Assembly (NCBI RefSeq): GCF_009914755.1
Contig: NC_060931.1
Source: the human T2T-CHM13v2.0 reference genome, Homo sapiens
Strand: one strand, 5' to 3'
Length of the DNA stretch: 64,000 nt
The position numbers were made by a program, and so were the translations under genes. Below, piece after piece: positions 36,695-50,183 of this stretch. Every line of letters starts with the position of its first letter. Within the stretch, counting starts at the first letter, position 1. The notes beneath the pieces were generated by a model. That model ran no database searches. It saw nothing but the letters and a program-made list of their open reading frames with translations, and was not told the DNA's origin.

Positions 36695-37686
36695 GAAATG
36701 AGCTATCACATCATACCCCAAAAATGGCTATAATCAAAAAGGAAATTTTAACAAGTGTTGGCAAAGATGTGTAGAACAGGCAATGTGTGTACGCTAGTAG
36801 TGAAATATAAATTGGTTCAGCCATTATGGAATACAGTTTGTAGGTCTCTTAAAAATTAAAAGCAGAACTATGATATGATCTAGCAATTCTTCTTCTGTGT
36901 ATATATCCCCCCAAAATGAAATCAGTACCTTGAAGTGATATCTGCACATCTGTGTTCAATGCAGCTAAAATATAAAAATAACTCAAATGTCCATCAACGG
37001 ATAAATAGATACATAAAATATAACATATATATAATGTGTGTGTGTATATACATATATATGTATGTGTATATATGTATATATACGTATATATGTATGTGTA
37101 TATATGTATATATACACAGAGAGACACATGTACATATATACACATATATACATATAACACCCCACACACACATACATGTATATTTAATTGCAATAGCGTT
37201 TATAAAATGAGAGAATCCTGCATTTGCAACATGGATAAACCAGGAAGACATTATGCTAAGTAAAATAAGCCAGATATAGAAAGACAAATGCTGCATGATC
37301 TTACTTATACATGGAACTGAAAAAAGTCCAACTCATAGAAATAGAGTAGAATGATAGTTTCCAGGTGCTGGGGGTGAGGGGAGAATGAGGAGATGTTGGT
37401 CAAGGGTATAAACTTTCAGTTATAAGATTAACAATTTGTATGTATCTATGTACAGCATGATGACTATAGCTAATAATATTATATTGTATATTTGATATTT
37501 GCGAAGAATAGATATTAAGTGCTATCATGACAAAATGTAACTCTGTAAGTTGAAGTATTAATTAGCTTGCTTGTGGTGATCATTGTACATTGTGGTGATA
37601 TACACATGTATATCAAAACAACACTTTGTACATGATAAATATATATAATTGTTTGTCAATTACATCTCAATAAAGCTCAAAAAAAG
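36695..37686 (+). mobile_element. L1M (L1MA-type) 3' fragment with internal TA/TG-rich repeat
   Basis: ACAAGTGTTGGCAAAGATGTG, CAGCCATTATGGAA, 3' end GTCAATTACATCTCAATAAAGCT. Confidence 0.8.
37022..37185. repeat. (TA/TG/CA)n compound microsatellite
   Basis: Alternating purine-pyrimidine run. Confidence 0.9.
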
Positions 37687-37799
37687 AAGATGAAAAGCAA
37701 CTCAATTTAAAAATGGGCAAAATATCTGATTTTGGGGAATATATATGGCTAATAGGCAAATGTAAAGGTGTTCAACATCTAACATTAATCATTACTCAT

Positions 37800-38163
37800 T
37801 GTATTAGTCTGTTTTCACGCTCTTGATAAAGAGATACCTGAGACTGGGTATTTTATAAAGAAAAAGAGGTTTAATAGACTCAAAGTTCCACGTGGCTGGG
37901 GGGACCTCACACTCATGGCCGAAGGCAAAAGGCACGTCTTAGGTGGCTACAGCTAAGAGAGAATAAGAGAACCAAGCGGAAGGGGTATCCCCTTATAAAA
38001 CCATCAGATCTCGTGAGACTTATTCACTACCATGAGAACAGTATGGGGAAAACCGCCCCTATGACTCAATTATCTCCCACTGTGTCCCTCCAACAACATG
38101 TGGGAATTATGGGACCTATAATTCAAGATGAGATTTGGGAGGGGATACAGCCAAACCATGTCA
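37800..38163 (-). mobile_element. THE1 (MaLR) solo LTR
   Basis: TGTATTAGTCTGTTTTCAC...CAGCCAAACCATGTCA. Confidence 0.9.
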
Positions 38164-38821
38164 GTAATTATGTCATTTTGCTCAAAAAGTCATTAGTGAA
38201 ACATAAATTAAAGCCACAGTGCAGCCAGGCATGGTAGCATGTGCTTGGAGTCCCAGCTATTCTGAAAGTCAAGGACAGCCTGGTCAATATGACTGGATCT
38301 CATTGTTGTTTATTTTACTTTGTTTTGTTTTATTGGATGGCCTCTGTTAGAATATTTAACCTGGATTCAAAGACAGCAGGCCATACAAATAACCAAGAGC
38401 ATTTTGTTATTAATATCATACTTACCCTTTATTAGTCCATTTTTGCTGAATAACAAATTACTCCATAATCTATACTTACTACTAAAAAAAAAAAAAAGTT
38501 TGTTTCTCTAGCTGGTGGATCTGTAGATCAGGTGGAATGACTCTTCCTAAGGCTTTCAGTTTGGGCCAGGTCTGCTTCGTGTGTCTTCATGAATATGAGA
38601 TCAGTGGTTGCTGTAGAACATGCTTCTTACTGATGATTATAGGCGAGCAGGAGATAATCCAAAGCAGGAAGCATTTTAAAAACCTCTGCCTGCATCATGT
38701 AAACTGGCCAAACCCAATTCAATGGGGTGGAAATACATGTTCCTCTTAGAGAGGGAAACTTTGCAAATGTGTAAGCTGAAATATTTTAAATGTGTAGATA
38801 TATCATATGGAGTAATATTTA

Positions 38822-39166
<345 letters not shown>

Positions 39167-40035
39167 CTATTAATTCAGGAAGAAATGTGTGTATTTTGAC
39201 CTTCTTCTCTTCCTTGGGAAGAATTTCTACCAATCAACATACTCCCTGGTCAGGCCTATTTCATTAGTTAGCTTTTACTACCTAATGTTTTATACCTAGC
39301 CACAGAAATCTCAATACCATGCAATGATAAACATGTATTTCTTGCCTACATGTTTATAGTTGGCTGGGATGCCTCTGCTTCAAGTTATGGGACTATGGAG
39401 GACCTACTTTGGCTCCCTGTCTCTTGGACCAAGAGACAGACCATGTGTATCCTTAGTGTATTTTTTTCTATGACAAAGGCAGTTGCACAATAAGGCAACC
39501 AAACTGTACAAGAAATATAAGTTTTCTCCATGTTATACTTGCTAATATCTCATTGTTCAAAAGAAGTCACATAGAAAACCTCAATAGGAGAAGCAGCATA
39601 TTCCATGACCGAGGAAGCCATAGTCGACATTATTAGAAACAATTAGGTATTTTCCTTTCACATAACCCAAGGCTATGTCATCCACCTTTGATTTAGTGTG
39701 CTGCAGATATAGTTTAAAACACTGAAACTTCTGGTCTTTTTATATTCCCCCTAATATTCCCCTTAAATTAGGCCATGTTTTTTCTGCTCACCTTCCTTTT
39801 GTTGTACCTTATTATGGAAGCTACCTCATGTGTTCAAATCTTTGCATCAAAACTTTCTTACTCAACACAGCACACTTATTACATACATTTCAGATGTGAA
39901 AGTTACTGTAGAAATAGTTTTTACTAAATGTTTTATTACTACAGAACATTATAGATTGTAATTTTTGCCTCTGATTTTTTTTTGTCATATGCCAATGTAC
40001 ATTTTTTAGTTTTGTTTGTTTGTTTGTTTTGACAT

Positions 40036-40770
40036 TGTTAGCAGCAGAATGTATCCGAGACATGACACCAAAGTATGTTATGGGTGGCGAATACATACGG
40101 GTCTGCAGAAACCTCAATTCTTGCCTCCTCAAAAGAAAGAATTTGACTGAGGGTCATAAGACAGAAGGAGAGACAAAAGCAAGTTTTAGAAAGGAAGTGA
40201 AAGTTTATTGAAACGCTATAGAATAGGAATGAACAAAGTAAAGTACACTTGGAATAGGGCATAGTGGGTGACTTGAGAGATGAAATGCATGGTTTGACCT
40301 TTTGACTTGGGGTTTTATACGTTGGCATACTTCTGGGGTCTTGCATTATTTCTCCCTTGATTCTTCCCACAGGTGTAGGGCCTACTAGCACTTGGGTGGA
40401 GAGCATGAACGGTGTGGTTACTGGAGCTGTACGCATGCTCACTTGAGGTGTCCTTTCCTTACCAGTTTAATGTCCATAGGAGGTCATATAACAGTTAAAC
40501 TCTACCATTTGCCTCTTAATGCGCATGCTTGAACCCACTTGCCCAAACTCCTAAGATCTTATCAGAAGCTGCTGAAAACCAGTTTCAGATGTTTTCTTTC
40601 TATTGGGAGACTGCCTTTTCCTAGTGTCGGCTGTGACCAATTATTATTTTAGAGAGATTGTTAATAACCACCTGACCATCATCTAATGGTTGCCAGACAT
40701 TTCTGGTGTGTGTGTAGGGGGAGAGCCCTCTCCTGCCCTGCTCATGCCTAACTAGCTTCCCACTATAACA
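40036..40770 (-). mobile_element. ERV1 solo LTR, MER50-like
   Basis: TGTTA...TAACA termini, 735 bp; minus strand starts TGTTATAGTGGG..GGCATGAGCAGGGCAGGAGAGGGCTCTCCCCC; TTTATT (minus-strand AATAAA) at ~40204. Confidence 0.75.
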
Positions 40771-41141
40771 AGACCATCCCTATTCACATGCTAAAATTGG
40801 TACTGAGCAAGGATTGTCCAGGAAAACAGAAGCTACTCTATATAACCTGAATTAAAACAAAGAATTAAGTTGAAAGAGAAGAGAGGTCAAAGAGGTTGCA
40901 CTGCAGGTCAGAGGATTTGACGTTGAAACAGTGGTGAGGTGGTTCTCACAAGCTTGCAAAGGAGTTACCATGAATCTTTTGTCTACCTACCAGCCTAGCT
41001 GCAAACACCTACAGAGAACAATGGCTTCTGCTATTCTTGTAGAAGGTCCTCTTTTGGGCAAAGAACCAGAGGATTCTTGGAAACATCGTAATCAGCCTTA
41101 GAATATGGTGAAGCTGAACTAACGATAGAAAATCCAGCATG

Positions 41142-41436
41142 GGATGGGCATGCTGGCTCATGCCTGTAATCCCAGCACTTTGGGAGGCCGAGGTGGGTGG
41201 ATTACGAGGTCAGGAGATCGAGACCATCCCAGCTAACATGGTGAAACCCTGTCTCTACTAAAAATACAAAAAATTAGCTGGGCGTGGTGGCAGGCGCTTG
41301 TAGTCCCAGCTAATCAGGAGGCTGAGGCAGGAGAATGGCGTGAACCCAGGAGGCGGAGCTTGCAGTGATCCGAGATCCGAGATCATGCCACTGCACTCCA
41401 GTCTGGGCGACAGAGCAAGACTGAAGAAAAAAAAAC
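41142..41436 (+). mobile_element. AluY-like SINE with small internal duplication (GATCCGA x2)
   Basis: Full dimer; TSD AGAA(A/G)ATCCAGCATG at 41127-41141 and 41826-41840. Confidence 0.95.
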
Positions 41437-41724
41437 AGAAAGGAAAGAAAGAAAGAAGGAAAGAAAGAAAGAAGGAAGGAGGGAAGGAAGGAAAGAAGGA
41501 AGGAAGGAAGGAAGGAAGGAAGGAAGGAAAGAGAGAGAGAAAGAAAAAGAAAGAAAGAAGGAAGGAAGGAAGGGAAGGAAGGAAGGAAAGAGAGAGAGAA
41601 AGAAAAAGAAAGGAAAAGAAAGAAAGAAAAAAGAAAGGAAGGAAGGAAGGAAGAAAGAAAGAAAGCAAGAAAGAAAGCAAGAAAGAAAGCAAGAAAGCAA
41701 GCAAGCAAGCAAGAAAGAAAGAAA

Positions 41725-41796
<72 letters not shown>

Positions 41797-41830
41797 GAAA
41801 GAAAGAAAAGGAAAGAAAGAAAAGGAGAAG
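41423..41830 (+). repeat. ~400-bp polypurine compound repeat (GAAA/GGAA/GA/GCAA)n
   Basis: Almost only A and G on the + strand; lies inside the Alu TSDs. Confidence 0.97.
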
Positions 41831-42984
41831 ATCCAGCATGGTCATGCTTACACAAGTAAACATTTGTGAATTCTCCAAGATTTATCAGTTGAGTTCCTCA
41901 GTCTGAGATCTCTATGCATTCTAAATTGAATCAAAATTTTTATATATGTAGACTAAGGATTAGGAAATTAACCTGGAACTTAATGGATATTAGACGAAAT
42001 TACAGGTCACACATATGCATATTTTAAAAAGACTATTTTCTCTCTTAAAAAGAGTTTTTGCTGAAGCTATCACATCAATTGCCTAATATATGAACCCAGT
42101 TTTGAATGACAGTTAAAATATTAATTATGTCAAACATGTCATTACCAATGTGTCAATACTTCAAATGGGTTTGTTTCATATTCTCTCTGTCTCTCACTTA
42201 TTCATTTTCTAAATCTTTCCATGTGCTCTCTTTCATCATACATACTTATATGAAATGTATGTATATGTACATATGAAAATAATATATATATAATATATTT
42301 ATAAAATAAATATACACTGAAAAATAAGAAATACATGTACATATAGAAATATATGTCAGAAATTTGTAAGTAAACATATGTATATATTTGATATGCATAC
42401 AAATAAAGTATACATAATTTAAGAACCAATGTAAAAGCATCTGTATACCAATGTAAAAGTATTACAGACCATAAATCAATATGAAGCAATACTTACTTGT
42501 AAAAGACCAGAGGTATTTCCTGATGAGAAAGTTTAATAATAAAATTTGTATAGGAAAGTATACTTCTGCTGTGTTAATATTGACAATCTTGAAAATCATA
42601 ACTGGTATATTGGGGTTACAAAAGTAAAATTTAAAAATTAGAGAGTTAATTATCATGCTCCATATTTCATTCTTAGAAACAAAGAAAAATGATTATAGAT
42701 GTCAAATGCTGGTTTACCGCATGGCCTAGTAGAAAGAGTTTCATACTAAAAATTAGAATATATGAATTTTAATTTTGTTTTTTTCCCTAAATGTGTGATT
42801 TGGACCCATCAGTTTAACCTCTCTAAGACTTGTTTTTCTGAATTATAAAATTAAAGTGTGAGGCTAAATTATCTTCCAGGTAATTGCAGATTTTTCAAAA
42901 CTACAATTACGTGAAATATCGAAAATAATTTAAACATAATTTAAGCTTAAGAAAAATAAAGATGAAAAGTAACCCAAATATTTG

Positions 42985-43535
42985 TATCATTTATCACTGC
43001 GGTCTGAAAATTACCCCAAATCTTGATGACTTACATCAGAAACATTTATTTTTCTCTCACTCTTCTTGGAGACAGTGTGACAGTTCTTCAGGTCTGGACT
43101 AATCTGGCTGGACCCAGATGGTCTAGGATAGACCATAGCTTGTCTAGTAATAAATGGCTTGTCAGTTTGGTGGGTGAGTTGGGCTGGGTGAGATGACTTG
43201 GTTCTACAAAATATAGCTTTTTTGTTTTCCAATAGGCCAGCCAGACTTTTTTACATGGCAGTTGCAGGGTTCCAAACATAAGCAAGAGAAGGCAAGTCCA
43301 AATGAGTGTGCTTCATGCCTTTGCTTTTATCAAGTTTGCTAACGTCATAATTGGCCAAAGCATGTCACACAGGCAAGCCCATTTCAAGAGACAGAAAAAT
43401 AGTCCTCTTTTTTTAATGGCATAAATGGCAAAAATCACTTTACAAAAGGAATTTGAGTATATGAATGGGAAGAATTTGTGACTGAGGAATTTGAATACAT
43501 GAATGGGAAGGATTTCTGACTGATTTTGTAATGTC
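42985..43535 (-). mobile_element. MLT1 LTR with a ~38-bp tandem duplication at 43448-43522
   Basis: TTACCCCAAA..ACATTTATTTTTCTCTCAC and TTGGCCAAAGCATGTCAC motifs; AGGAATTTGA(G/A)TA(T/C)ATGAATGGGAAG(A/G)ATTT(G/C)TGACTG twice. Confidence 0.6.
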
Positions 43536-44875
43536 CCATTTTTCTTAATCTCCAGCTAAACTGACTATATGCCTTCTTATATAATTATGCAATCTCCTAA
43601 ATTTTAGTTTGTTCATAGATTTTTATACCTCTACTGCTTCCTCTTGTGTTTACAATTTCTTGAACTTTCTACTACCTTACACAACTTTTCAGTGTTTTGT
43701 TATGATGGGTAGAGAGGACAAAAGGACAAGACAATGCTTGGATTTTTCAGGTGTTGAGGAGGCTTTGTAGGATAAGAACTTCACTAAAGAATAATGTAAG
43801 AATATCAGATTCATAGAGCTTATGAGGGTATGTTGAGGCCAAAAATGGACACAGAAAAAAAATGTGGGCAAAATTAAGTTTATTTTCTTTGCAGTTTTAT
43901 CTGGAAATCATCTTTCCTTTTACAATGCAGTTGAAGAATGAGGCTAAATTTTCACATCTACAACCCTATTGTTATAATTTTATTTCATAGAAGTTACACA
44001 TTTTAGAAGGACATGAAGTACTCTGACATGTATTAAACCTTGTAGAAAGAAGGCATGTAATAACAGGAATGTGATGAATAGGAAACAGACTACAAAGGGA
44101 AGTGCTATGCTACATGGTTCTTGTTCATCTGAACTAATAAGGTCATTTCATGACCTTCAAATTTGACAAACACAATCATAGTTGTATTTTCTCAAGGGCA
44201 GTGTTATTTCTTATTTCTTTATTTATTATTTTTATATTCCTGAGTGTGCAAAGCTATGAAACTAAAAACAAGCCAACAGAAACATTTGAAAAACAATAAG
44301 AGTTTTCACTCGCCTAAAATACCATCAGTATTTTTTATAAATGATATTATTAAAGCATGTGTAAAGGCTATTTATATTTAAAAATTTACATTTTATAAGT
44401 ATACACTCTTTGCAAATTAGCCTCCACATACTGTTTATTTTGATTGGATAATTTTCAATGATCCTTAAAGTCACTTTGATGAATAATTTTATACCTTTCA
44501 CAACACTTAAAACTATGAGTTTAGAGCTAGTCAAATTCATAATTAAGACTACTGATTAAGTATGCCAATATTTAATCATATATATTTGTTATAAACCTGA
44601 ATTTTGAATCTAGGTCATACATAATAATAGCACATTCATTCAAGAAGCCAAAAGTATCCTGTCATATAGGATGTATACAATTATATAAATATTGGATCTA
44701 AAATATGGATAAAAATGGCAGGGATTGCTTGAAATAAAATTACATGTACTCAGTTGTTTGGATATCTTTATATATGTGCTTGCTTATATGCCTTCTGGAG
44801 TATTAAGATATCTTACAGAGGAAGGAACTTGAGCATTGATGTTATTAGACTACAAGTGAATAGCAACTCCACTAC

Positions 44876-45282
44876 TGATGTGGTTTGGCTCTGTGTCCCC
44901 ACCCAAATCTTACGTGGAATAATAATTCCCAATGTTGAGGGAGGGACCTGGTGGGAGGTGATTGAATCATAGGGGCAGGTCTCCCCCTTGCTGTTCTCCT
45001 GATAATGGGAGAGTTCTCACCAGATCTGGTTCTTTAAAATTGTGTAGCACCTCCCCCTTCACTCTCTCTCCTGCTCTGCCATAGTAAGACATGCTTGCTT
45101 CCCTTTTGCCTTCTGCCATGATTACAAGTTTCCTGAGGTCTCCCAGCCATGCTTCCTGTACAGCCTGTGGAACCATGAATTAAACCTCGTTTCTTCATAA
45201 ATTACCCAGTCTCTCAGGTAGTCTTCATAAATTACCCAGTCTCAGGTAGTTCTTTGTAGCAGTGTAAGAACAGACGAATACA
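44876..45282 (+). mobile_element. MST (MaLR) solo LTR inserted in a MIR-like remnant
   Basis: TGATGTGGTTTGGCTCTGTGTCCCCACCCAAATC...GAATACA; TSD ACTAC; internal duplication of CTTCATAAATTACCCAGTCTC..AGGTAGT. Confidence 0.9.
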
Positions 45283-46705
45283 ACTACTTAATAGATTCTT
45301 GATCTTAGGTAACTTACAACTTATTTAAATTTCAGTGTTCTTGTATTATATGTAAGCTATAATAATAACCATAATTCAGAAAGTTGTTTCCAGAAAGAAA
45401 TAATTAATACATGCTAAAGCCCTTTGAAAATTGTACTCGAACATACTTATATAATTTTAGCTATATTTTGTGTATATCTGAGAGAGAAACATTTTATGAA
45501 GAATATCTATTTTTAAATTGTGGATAATATTTAATAATAATTATAAATGTCATTTATCTATATGCTTACTCAGGGTTAAACTCTGATAAAAAGTTTAAGA
45601 TCATTCTTTTTAATCCTAATCACAGTCCCATCAGGTAGTTTTTACTTATACCCATTTTGCCACTGAAAAAATCATTAATCAGCTGCAGAGCTAAAATTTT
45701 ATTTCAAAAATTGTCATTTTTGCATCTGTTATCTTCTCCATTATATTAGCCTTTCCAAAGTCTAGCACTGGGGAAAATGAGTGAACGTAGTTGGAAAACA
45801 TTGTAACCTACATCCTTTTTAAAAGTAATGCACAAATTGTATTAGCATAAGAAATTGCTAAGACATCCTGTAATAAAAACTATTATTTAAGTATATATAA
45901 CCCTGAAGTTTCCAAATGAATTTTACTATTTACACTTTTATTGTGTCCACTTCTTTTGCCAAGTATTTGTATGTGTTCGTGGGGGACAGGGTTCTATGTC
46001 AAAACTGTAATCAGACTTCTTAGTCGAGGTTCTAATTCTAAAATTCAGATATTTATATTGAATCTGGGTTTTCAAGTTACTTGCTTCTAGTCTAGTATCC
46101 TCCTGGATCTATGCATATGGCTTTAGTCACTATGCAGGACCACATACAAAACTGCCTAACATTGCTTTATAAGACAATTCCCATGAGACAATAGCCAAAA
46201 TGTACTTCTTTTAAGACAGATGCTGTAGATTTATCAAAAAATAATGTAATATAATCTCTGTTGCCCATAAAGAAGAACTTTTTGATGAATCCTTTTTGAA
46301 ACCAAAACTGCTTTTTGTTGCAGTTGCTACATGATGGCATTGCTGGCAGTTTTACGTTAAAACATTACTTTTTCATCTACCATTTGTGTTTCTTACCTTA
46401 GTAATGCCTTTTGTTTCTTTACTTCTTATAATTTCAACTTTTATTTTTGATTCAGGGGTATACATGCAGGTTTGTTACATGAGTATATTGCCTGATGCTG
46501 AGGTTTGGGGTACAAATGATCCCATCACCCGGGTTGTAACCATAGTGTCCAGTAGGTCATTTTTCAGCCCTCGTCCCACACTCTCCCCTCTAGTATTCTC
46601 CAGTGTCTATTGCTCCCATCTACAGGTTCATGTGTACTCAGTGTTTAGTTCCAACTTATAAGTGAGAACATGCGGTAGTTTTCTGTTCCTGCACTAATTC
46701 ACCTA

Positions 46706-46933
<228 letters not shown>

Positions 46934-46937
46934 TCAT

Positions 46938-47244
<307 letters not shown>

Positions 47245-49767
47245 TCATCCTTTTTATGGCTGCATAGTATTCCATGGTGTGTATGTACCACATTTCCTTT
47301 ATTTAATTCACCATTGATAGGCACCTAGGTTGATTCCATGTCTTTGCTCTTGTGAATAGTGTAGCAATGAACATACAAGTGAGTATGGCTTTTCGGTAGA
47401 ATTATTTATTTTTCCTTTGGATATGTACCCAGTAATGTGATTACTGGGCGAAATGGTAGTTCTAAGTTCTTTGATCAGTCTTCATAGTTTCCACAGTGCT
47501 GAATTAACTTCACATTCCCACTAACAATATATAAGCGTTCCCATTTCTCCATAACCTCGTCAGCATCTGTTATTTTTTGACTTTGCAATGATAGCCATTC
47601 TGACTGCTGTAAGATGGTATTTCATTGTGGTTTTCATTTGCATTTCTCTGATGATTAATTATGTTAAAGTATTTTTTATATATTATTGCACACTTATTTG
47701 CCTTTTTTTGAGAAGTGTCTGTTGATGTCCTTTGCCCACTTTTTAATGGGATTACTTGTTTTTTGTTTATTGAATTAAGTTTCTCATAGATTCTTTATGT
47801 TAGACTTTTGTCAGACACATAGTTTGTGGATATTCTCTCCCATTCTGTAGGAACAAAACAAGAATGCCCACTCTCACCACTCCTATTTGACATAATACTG
47901 AAAGTCTTAGCCAGAGAAATCTGGCAACATAAGGAAATAAAAGGCATCCAAATACAAAAAGAAGTCAAATTATCTCTCTTTGCTGATGATATGATTCTCT
48001 GCCTAGAAGCACTAAAGGCTGACAAAAGGCTCCTAGAACTGATAAATGACTTCAGTAAAGTTTCAAGATACAAAATTGAAGCACAGAAAAATGAGTAGAA
48101 GTTCTGTACACCAATAATGTTAAAGCTAACAGACGAAGTGCACTCCCATTTACAATAGCAGAAAAAAAATCTAGGAATACACTTAACCAAGTAAGTGAAA
48201 GATCTCTGCAAGGTGAGCTACAAAATACAGCTGAAAGAAATCAGACAGCACAAGCAAATGAAAAAAACATTACATGCTCCTGTATTGAAAGAATCAATAT
48301 TGTTAAAATGATCATACTGCCCAAACCAATTTACAGATTCAACACTATCATTATCAAACTACCAACATCATTTTTCACAGAATTAGAAAAAACTATTCTG
48401 AAATTCATGTGGAACCAACAGAAAGCATAAATAGCCAAAGCAATCCTAAGCAATAAGAACAAAGCCAGAGGCATCACATTACCCAACTTCAAACTATAGT
48501 ATGTGGCTACAATCACCAAAACAACATGGTTCTTAAACAAAAACTGACACATAGACCAATGGAACAGAATAGAGGATCCAGAAATAGAGCCGCATACCTA
48601 CAACCACATGATCTTTGATAAATTTAATAAAAATAAGCAATGGGGAAAAGACTCCCTATTCAATAAATGGTACAGGGATAACTGGCCAGCCACATGCAGA
48701 AGAATGAAACTGGACCCCTACCTTTCACCATATACAAAACTTAACTCAAGACGGATTAAAGATTTAAATTTTAGACCTCAAACTATATGAATCCTAGAAG
48801 ACAACATAGGAAATAACATGGTCATCAGCCTTGGCAAATAATTCATGAGTAATGCCTTTTATATAGCAGTTTTGATATAATGGAATAAGAGAGAAGAAAG
48901 ATTGCGTATTTGGAGTACTCACGATGGAAAGTAGTCTACAGGGCTTGATGAAAGATGATTAGCAGAGACTGACATGCAAACTCAGAAGATATAATGTATA
49001 TCTGCTTCTTAATTTCTTTCAATTCTATCTTTATAGAAGTTATGTCATGAGGAATTCTTTTACATTTCTTCTGTGGATACTATTTAGAATTTTATTTCTT
49101 CTTGAGTTTAATTCTAATTAAAAGTTATATAAAATCCATTTATTAGATATGATTTTTAAAATTATTGCAAGGAATTGACAAATAAAATTGTTTTAGAATA
49201 GTTTTTATATAGAGAGAGAACTGTTTCTGATGCTATTGTATCTTTCCATTATTTGCTCAGATTTGCCACGCTAGTTAATTTTATTAAACTTTTAAAGGAA
49301 TTCTTTTTAATTTTTTCCATTAAATTTAATATTCAAATAATATTTGTTTCTTTGTTTTATACACTTTTTATTTCATTTTAATTTAAGGTTTTCTTTTAGC
49401 ATGTTATTATTTCTCTTTTCCAGAAGTGGATAATAAATTCAATTGTTTTCAATATTTTTTATTTTCAATATTTTATATTTCTAAAACATTTATTTAAATC
49501 AAATGTTTGTGCTTTGAGCTTCTCCAAGACTTAAACTTCTGACCAACAAAAATGACTAAAATAATTTAGGGACTTAAGTCCCTAAAACAATAATTTATTT
49601 AGTCATTTTGTTGCTCAGAAATTTGATAAGAGCTCAGTTGGATCTGAAGTGTCAACTTCCAAGTTAGCTTTTGCACTCATATGACAACTTCCTTAGTGTC
49701 TCTCCCTTCCTGTGGCATTTTATTCTCTAAGGCTTTTCCATGTTCTTGTTCCCACATCATGAGAGTA

Positions 49768-50183
49768 AATATAGTTTGGATCTCTGTTCCTGCTAAAATC
49801 TTATGTGAAATTTTTATCCCCAATGCTGCAGCTAACAACTAATGACAGGTGTTTGGGTAATGGGGATGGATCCCTCAAGGCTTGGTCTTTGCAGTAGTGA
49901 GTGAGTTCCCATTAGATAGGGTCATTTAAAAGCATGTGGCACCTCCTTCCCCACTCTCTCTCTTGCTCCCTCCTTCTCTGGTCATGTGACATACCTGCTT
50001 TCCCCTTTGCCTTCTACCTTGATTGTAAGCTTCCTGAGGCCTCCCTAGAAGTTAACCAGATGCCAGCACCATGCCTCCTGTAAAGCCTGTAGAACCATGA
50101 GCCAATCACAGTGCTTTTCTTTATATATCACCCAGTCTTAAATATTTCTTTATTTAAGCAATGCAAGAACGGCCTAATGCGAC
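49768..50183 (+). mobile_element. MST (MaLR) LTR nested in an older MLT1 remnant (~49580-50375)
   Basis: ATATAGTTTGGATCTCTG...GATTGTAAGCTTCCTGAGGCCTCCC...GAACGGCCTAATGC. Confidence 0.75.

Noticed and set aside
36849-37296. Overlapping Y/I/H/T-rich ORFs
   Set aside because: Translations of a TA/TG microsatellite inside an L1
41258-41906. Long K/E/R-rich and F/L/S-rich ORFs (181-206 aa)
   Set aside because: Artefacts of a stop-free polypurine microsatellite plus Alu sequence
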